DNA of 14,448 nucleotides from an uncultured Parachlamydiaceae bacterium (lineage in GTDB: Bacteria; Chlamydiota; Chlamydiia; Chlamydiales; Parachlamydiaceae), in contig CAVVXH010000020.1 in the NCBI GenBank assembly GCA_963752155.1, forward strand, positions 1-14,448, read 5' to 3'. The position numbers and the translations under genes are program-made. The notes below the pieces were generated by a model. That model saw nothing but the letters and a program-made list of their open reading frames with translations, had not been told where the DNA came from and did not search any database. This document shows, one piece after another, positions 7,274 through 14,448 of the stretch; position 1 is the stretch's first letter, and each line of letters begins with the position of its first letter.

Positions 7274-7389
7274 TCAAGCATGTTACAGAACATTGAAAGA
7301 TGAGAATTCTAAAAAATAATATGCCTAAATTTTGCCGAATAATAGTTGTTTAAAGACTGTTATTCGGCATTTCTTGAGATCAAATAACT
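7274..7389 (+). pseudogene. Internally deleted hsp20 remnant plus 3' flank (direct repeat of 3638-3658 and 3999-4093)
   Basis: 7274-7294 is identical to 3638-3658 (21 bp). 7294-7389 aligns to 3999-4093 with about 11 differences in 96 columns. Confidence 0.9.
7333..7376. terminator. Terminator hairpin, copy of the hsp20 terminator, possibly bidirectional
   Basis: TGCCGAATAATAGT...ACTGTTATTCGGCA then TTTCTT; lies between the + strand genes and the convergent GMC stop at 7395. Confidence 0.7.
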
Positions 7390-7394
7390 AATAG

Positions 7395-9087
7395 TCACTT
7401 TCGATCATTGTGCAAGACTCGTTTCAGAATTTCGCTGCTTCGTAATCCGATCATCATGGCTGGTCCTGTAGTATTAATATCAGGAATCACCGGACAGATG
7501 GCCTCCAGCGTTTAGAGGAGCCATTTTACAGTGCGATACAAAGTGATGTATATCCAGTGAAAGATTACTGTTATTTTTCACGTACTGCTCAACCACTGCG
7601 TCATGATAGCCGGAAAGGATGACTAAGTTGATCGGATCACTTAAAATGGGTTTAAAGTAAGGCGAGGGGAATGGGTACATGATATTTAGCTGATCTAAAA
7701 GAGCGCGAATATAGACCGAAACGGCACCCTTCATATTCTCAAGATCGACAGGGTCTTTGTAAAAAGCGTCATCCGCTGCCGCAATCTGAAATGAATTATC
7801 GCTTTGGATTGTGACACTTCCCTCGCTCACTGGGTTCAAAAGGTTAAATCCAACGGCTACAATCGGGGGTGTTTGTGCAGTAGCTGGGATGAATTCGAAC
7901 AAAATCTGTAACATTCGTGGGTCGCTGGAACTACCGCCCACAACCGGCAAGTAGACATTATTGATTGTAAATGCATACGGAGCGTCAGGTGGAACTCCAC
8001 TCATTGTGGGATCTGCTAGCATTGTAATAAAAATGAGAGGATGGTTTTGCAGACCTTGTCCGACGTTTTCATTGATGAAAACAGGCTTGATCTCTGCATT
8101 CTTTAACGCTTCCGAGGGACCTATGCCTGAAAGTTGTAGCAATTTGCTACTGTTGATGCCACTTGCCAAAACAACGGCTTTTCGAGCTTTTGCTTGAAAG
8201 AGTTTACCGTCCTTTACATATTTTACTTTTTTGGCTTTCCCACACTTGTCGAATATTATTTTCACAGCAACCGAATCAAAAAGCACAGACAGTTTGTGTC
8301 CATTAACTCCTTGACCTTCCGGCGTCATTACCTCGCTATTTAAATAGGCTGTAGCGCTGCTCACTCGTTTGGTGCCTGTAGGGTCAATAAACCACTGTGC
8401 ACGAGGGGCTATGCAATTTTGCACACTGGGATCATTATAGTCCGTCACAATTGGAATTCCAGGAAACGCTGCCTGTGAAGCAGGTAGCAGTACTTGTGAG
8501 GTTATCTGCGACATCGTAGGTGTCTGTAGCACATTGACAGGACCATTGACTCCACGAGCCCCTGGTGTGATTATCGATCCTTGGTAGCTCTCAAGAGCTT
8601 TGAAGGTTGTCAGAATATGGTCTAGACTCCAATTGTTACTGCCAGAAACTTCTTCCCAACGTGAGTACATGTCGTTCGATCCACGACCATAGTATAGTCC
8701 GTTAATCGAAGATCCACCACCCAACAGCATTCCTGTTGTCCAATCACTTGTTCGTCCATTGAGCCCCGCCATCGGTAGAGTTTGATTCCATCCTGGCCAA
8801 AAATACTTAGCTTTTCCTGTCCCAGCCAATAGGAATGCTGAGAGGCCCACTGCCTCTATTGCAGGGTCATTTGTTAAATTTTGCCCGCCTTCTATTCCTA
8901 TTACTGAAAAGAGGCCATTCTTTGATAGCTCGCTCATCAGTATACAACCTGCCGCTCCACCACCAATTACTATGATATCTGCCTCTAGTTCGTTTCCCGA
9001 CATTTTGCATCGATAAGGGGAAGCAGGATCGCCAAAAAGGTTGACTGTAGCGATTATTAAAGCGAGAGTAATAAATTTAATTTTCAT
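7395..9087 (-). pseudogene. Exported GMC (glucose-methanol-choline) FAD oxidoreductase, frameshifted by a short deletion near the C-terminus
   Basis: IIVIGGGAAGC (GxGxxG), GMLLGGGSSINGLYYGRG, LLQLSGIGP, VGQGLQNHP and IHHFVSHCKM motifs. The true C-terminus ICPVIPDINTTGPAMMIGLRSSEIL...* is in another frame (7499-7395). GGAGGT RBS and signal peptide present. Confidence 0.85.
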
Positions 9088-9176
9088 GGTTGGTACCTCC
9101 GCCAGATATTGTCAATAATAAAATTTTTGTTGTCAAGTATCTAAATTTAATTCATAATCTGGAAGAAAGAAATCGA

Positions 9177-10340
9177 ATGAAACATCTGATTGTATCCCTT
9201 GCTTTCCTAGCTCTTACTAGCGCTGGGATTGTCTATTATATATACCAAAATCCTACGGTTGTTACAGTGCAATCAACTCCCTCAGTTGCCGTAAAAACAA
9301 TAAAGCTGGAAAAAGTGCGCATTTGGTCAGAGTTTTCCGGCCGCTTGCAAGCTGTCGATATCGCAGAAATCCGTCCCGAAGTGAGTGGAAGAATCACTGA
9401 AGTGCGCTTTGAGGATGGGGATCTTGTCAAAGCCGGCGATGTCCTTTTTGTCATTGATCCCCGTCCCTATGAAGCGGCAGTTTCTAGGGCAGAAGCTAGA
9501 GTCGCTACAGCAAAAGCAAATGCCGAATATGCCAAGCTTGAAATGGATCGAGCTGCAAACATGATCAAAACACAAGCTGTGGCTCAACGTATTTACGATG
9601 AGAGATTTAACGCGAATGAAGTGGCGGTTGCTTCGGTTAAGTCAGCTGAAGCAGATCTTAAACAAGCCAAAGTGGACCTGGAACATGCCTATGTACAGGC
9701 TCCGATTTCAGGCCGAGCAGGACGTGTCGAATTGACAGTGGGAAATTTGGTGCAGCCAGGAGTCAATGCTCCTTTAATGACACGGATTGTTGCGAATGAT
9801 CCCATTTACGCTGATTTTGAAGTGGACGAACAAACCTATTTGGATAGTGTGAGAAATGTAGCGCGTAACCGCAATTCAGAGCGAGAAATTCCTGTAAAAC
9901 TTTTTATCAATGGAAACAAAGAAGACGTTTATAAAGGAACAATATACACCTTTGATAATCGGCTTGATGTGAGTACAGGAACAATTCGAGCCAGGGCAAA
10001 ATTTGAAAACAAAGAGGGAGTTTTAGTACCCGGCATGTTTGTCACAGTAGGCTTTAGGTAAAAGTGAAGACGAAGAAGTCCTTTTAGTCCCACAGCAAGC
10101 TATCAGTACAGATCAAAATAAAAATTATGTTTACCTTGTCGATAAGGACAATAAAGTTATTTATCGAGAAGTCAGTTTGGGAAAAGAATATGGCAATCAA
10201 CGCATTATTCTTAAAGGGCTAGAACCGGGGATCGGGTTATTTTAAAAGGACTGCAGCATATCAAAGCTGGAGCAATCGTTAAACCCGAGGAAACGAAAGC
10301 AGCAATGACAAATGGTTTGGCGAAGAAACCTCTTCGTTAA
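9177..10340 (+). CDS. RND efflux periplasmic adaptor (MFP), MexE/OqxA-like; frameshifted at ~10053 and ~10228, exact 3' end uncertain (10308-10340)
   Basis: EFSGRLQAVDIAEIRPEVSG, VQAPISGRAG and TGTIRARAKFEN...LVPGMF motifs. Continues out of frame as LLVPQQAISTDQNKNYVYLVD...GLEPGDRVILKGLQHI. Confidence 0.88.
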
Positions 10341-13300
10341 ATATTTCCCGCTTTTTCATTGACCGCCCCATTTTTGCAGGGGTGATTTCATTTGTCATTT
10401 TTCTAGCCGGACTGTTGGCAATTTTTGTGTTGCCGATATCGGAATATCCTGAAGTCGTTCCCGCTACAGTAGTGGTCAAAGCACAGTTTCCCGGAGCAAA
10501 CCCAAAAACCATTGCTGAAACTGTCGCAACTCCAATTGAAGAGCAGGTCAATGGCGTTGAAAATATGCTATATATGTTTTCACAATCGAGCAGCGATGGA
10601 TTGATGACTTTGACAATTACTTTTAGGCTTGGAACGGATCCCGATCTCGCTACACAGCTTGTACAAAACCGCGTTAACCAAGCATTGCCTCGTTTGCCGG
10701 AAGTCACTCGGCAACTTGGGGTCACCACTGTAAAAAGCTCCCCTGATTTGACCATGGTCGTCCACTTGACCTCTCCAAATAACCGCTATGATAAACTTTA
10801 TCTCCGCAACTTACGCCCGCTTAAATATCAAAGATCGGTTGAATAAAATCCAAGGTGTAGGGGAGGTGAGACTTTTTGGATCGGGAGATTATGCCATGCG
10901 GATTTGGCTAAATCCCCAAAAAGTGGCTGAACGTCAGCTTACAGCGCAAGAAGTGGTTGATGCCATCAGAAGGCAAAACGTTCAAGTCTCTGCAGGAGTA
11001 ATTGGCGGTCCCCCTTATGCTAACGATGTAGACCTTGCAACGCCCAATCAATGCGTTAGGAAGGCTGCAAACACCTGAAGAATTTGACGATATTGTTATT
11101 AAGCAAGAAAATGGGGTTGTGACCAAGCTAAGAGATGTAGCCCGTGTGGAGCTGGATGCCTCTGAATATGCTCTAAGATCTCTTTTAAACAATAAAGAGG
11201 CAGTCGCAATCCCGATCTTTCAAACACCAGGATCCAATGCGATTAACATTTCCGATCAAGTGCGCAGCACAATGAAGGAATTGAAGCAAAATTTTCCGGA
11301 AGGTAGTCGATTACACCATCGTGTATGATCCCACAGTCTTTGTTAGAGATTCCATCAGGGCTGTGATCCATACGTTATTGGAAGCATTGGCATTGGTGGT
11401 CATCGTTGTGATTGTCTTTTTACAAACATGGCGAGCTTCGATCATTCCTTTGTTAGCCGTACCGGTATCCATTGTCGGCACATTTGCCATCATGTACCTC
11501 TTTGGATTTTCGATAAATGTCCTTTCCCTGTTTGGACTTGTGCTTGCTATTGGTATTGTGGTGGATGATGCCATTGTTGTTGTGGAAAACGTGGAACGCA
11601 ATATAGAAAATGGGCTAAAGCCCGAGCAGGCCACCATCCAGGCCATGAGTGAAGTGACAAGTCCTATCATTGCAATCACATTGGTGTTATGTGCGGTTTT
11701 CGTCCCGATTGCCTTTATCAGTGGATTGACAGGGCAGTTTTATCGTCAATTTGCCCTTACAATTGCTTTTTCGACTATTATCTCTGCATTTAATTCCTTA
11801 ACATTGAGCCCTGCATTAGCAGCTATCATTCTACAAGAGAAAGGGGCTCCCAAAGATCGCTTATCTCGTTTTATTGATCGCATATTCGGTTTCTTTTTTA
11901 ATTGGTTTAACAAGTTATTTCAAAAGTGGTTCTAAGCTCTATGGCAAGGGGGTTGTAAAGGTTATCAACCATAAAAAATCAGCCTTTATCGTTTATGTTT
12001 TACTGCTTTTGGCTACCTATGGAATATTCCAACTTGTGCCTCCAGGATTCATCCCCACGCAAGACAAACAATATTTAGTCAGTTTTGCGCAGCTTCCGGA
12101 AGGGGCTACACTGGATAGAACCGAAAAGGTGATTCGGGAAATGTCAGAGATTGCCCTTAAAGAACCAGGAGTTGAAAGCGCAGTCGCTTTCCCTGGTTTG
12201 TCCATTAATGGATTCATCAATAACCCCAGTTCCGGAATTGTTTTTGTCACGCTAAATCCTTTCGATCAACGTACCTCTAGCGATCTCTCTGGACCTGCTA
12301 TCACCCAAAAACTGCAAGAAAAATATTCCAAAATCCAAGATGCTTCAATTGTCATTTTTCCTCCACCTACTGTCCAAGGATTAGGCACTGTAGGAGGCTT
12401 TAAGCTGGAAATTGAAGACCGCAATGACTTCGGATACGTAGCCTTAGACAATAATGTCAAAGAAGTATTAAAACAGGCAAGCCAGAATCCTATGCTAACA
12501 GGAATATTTTCCAGCTATAAAAATAATGCCCCTCAGTTATTCGTCGACATTGATCGCACAAAAGCAAACCAGCTTGGCATCGATGTCCAGCAAATTTTTG
12601 ATACGCTTCAAATCTATTTGGGATCTCTTTATGTCAATGACTTTAATAAATTTGGACGGCTCTATGAGGTCATCGTACAAGCAGACAAGGAATTTCGTTC
12701 CAAACCGGATGACATTCTCAGGCTTCAGATTCGCAATCGAGAAGGGCAAATGGTTCCTCTTGGCTCAGTTCTTCGGATTAGAGATGATGTCGGCCCTGAG
12801 ACTGCCATGCGTTATAACGCCTTCAGGTCAGCGGATATTAATGGCAACCCTGCGCCTGGCTATTCAACAGGGCAAGCACAGGCAGCGATAACTAAGATCC
12901 TGAAGAACGTGCTTCCATCCGGAATGACTTTTGAATGGACAGAACTTACCTATCAGCAAGTTTTATCTGGCAATACCGCAGTCTACGTATTTCCTTTATG
13001 CGTTTTGCTTATTTATTTAGTGCTTTCAGCAAAATATGAAAGCTTATTTCTTCCATTAGTCGTGATATTGATCGTTCCCTTATGTCTTATTGTTTGCCAT
13101 CACTAGGAGTGTGGCTTTCAAAGGGGGATATTAATATTTTCACACAGATTGCATTTTTCGTTCTGGCTGGCTTAGCGTGCAAAAATGCGATTTTGATTGT
13201 GGAATTTGCTCGAGAGCTTGAATTTCATGGAAAAAGTACTGTCAGATGCCGCTATCGAAGCGGCTCGTTTGCGTTTGAGGCCTATTTTAATGACTTCATT

Positions 13301-13520
13301 TGCCTTTATCATGGGTGTGATTCCCTTGGTTCTTTCAAGCGGTGCCGGAGCCGAAATGCGTCATGCTATGGGTGTCGCTGTATTTTCAGGAATGTTGGGA
13401 GTCACATTTTTTGGACTTCTTTTGACACCTGTTTTTTATGTTGCTTTGCGTGAGATAGAGAAAAAAATGACGCGGACTGAAAAGGTACATCATCATGAGT
13501 GTCGACTAAAACCTTTTTAA
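10305..13520 (+). CDS. HAE1 RND efflux permease, MexF/OqxB/BpeF-like; split by multiple frameshifts
   Basis: [58 protein letters not shown] and RLRPILMTS (proton-relay residues intact) are spread over ORFs 10382-13520. Start inferred at ATG 10305. Confidence 0.9.
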
Positions 13521-14448
13521 TTTTCTTTGTGACTGTTGGTTTTGACGGCTTGCGTCAAGCCGGTTAGCTTTCAAGAATCGGGAATAGAAACTCCTGAAAC
13601 ATGGCATACGTTTGCAAATCTGCCTGGCAATCCTGAGCTCTGGAATAAGCCCTTAGTTGTTGACGACTGCGCGCAAGTGGAACAGAGATGGTGGCACAAT
13701 TTCGAAGACTCGACTCTTAGATGCCTTTATCACAAGAGCGCTTATGAATAATAAAACACTTGGCATTGCCGCCACGCGCATAGAAGAAGCCCGTGCGGCA
13801 CGTCTTAAGTGCTTTTTCAGTCTTGATGCCCCAAATCAACTTAAATGCCGATGCCCAACGGGGCAATCAAGGCTTTTATACTTTAGATAAACCACTCGCT
13901 TATGAAGATGTTACTATTCAGGCAATCTGGGAGCTTGATCTTTTTGGAAAAAACCAGGCCCGCTTAGCTGCTACAATAGCCATGGTGCAAAATGAAGAGA
14001 TTTTAAGGCAAGGTGTGATTGTCAGTCTATTGGCTGAAGTGGCACGCAACTATTTTGATTTTCGCAATTATCAGCAGCAGCTTGCGATTACTGAAGAAAA
14101 TCTTAGCCACTCAAAAACGCACCCTAGAACTAACCATAGCACAATTTCAAGAGGCTTATGCCAGCGATTTTGATGTTCAACGCGCTGCTGCTCAGGTAGC
14201 TACCACAGAGTCTAGAATTCCAACGTTGCAGCTTGCGCTGGAAACGACCCGCAATCACTTAGATGTGCTTTTGGGAAGCACTCCTGGAGAAAATGATGAC
14301 CTTTTTGCGATACAAGAACCATTAAAGCCGCTCGATCCTCAAATTGTGATTGCCGCTCCAGCGACAGTGCTGGGCACAAGACCTGATGTTCGTGCCGCTG
14401 AAAGAAACTTTGCGGCAAGCATTTCTACATTCGATGCAGCAAAACGGG
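13495..14448 (+). CDS. Outer-membrane efflux lipoprotein (OMF, OprN/NodT-like), frameshifted, 3'-partial
   Basis: Lipobox LTAC (13542-13553), WWHNFEDSTL, WELDLFGK, SLLAEVARNYF and a final RPDVRAAER motif. Confidence 0.88.

Noticed and set aside
9090..9176. N-terminal extension of the MFP from TTG 9090
   Set aside because: It spans the divergent promoter; ATG 9177 directly precedes the hydrophobic anchor.
10305..13520. Naturally split multi-gene RND transporter
   Set aside because: Fragments join into one canonical permease through single-base corrections and have no independent RBS or starts.
1467..14418. Shadow ORFs (1467-1676, 1556-1762, 3460-3657, 4408-4722, 7961-8197, 9236-9587, 10279-10765, 10908-11192, 11311-11679, 12017-12891, 14212-14418)
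   Set aside because: They overlap well-supported genes in antisense or alternate frames and show no motifs.

Overview
AT-rich bacterial accessory region; the gene styles suggest environmental Chlamydiae or a similar lineage (inference only). Left to right: 3' part of a GH3 NagZ-like hexosaminidase; a broken signal-peptide ORF; a TetR + CPBP (CAAX/Abi) protease operon with a perfect palindromic operator; a ~465-bp non-coding element of nested, modular inverted repeats; an intact hsp20 with a possible fourU-like thermometer; a 5'-truncated cytochrome P450; divergent ArgP-LysE/ArgO; two exported proteins (one ABM-like); a second, internally deleted hsp20 remnant with the same terminator; an exported GMC oxidoreductase broken by a deletion near its C-terminus; and a MexEF-OprN/OqxAB-like RND efflux operon with many mostly +1 frameshifts, probably read/assembly errors. 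The most unusual signals are the nested palindromic element (2969-3433) and the ~3.2-kb block bracketed by hsp20-derived direct repeats, whose left boundary coincides with the P450 truncation.
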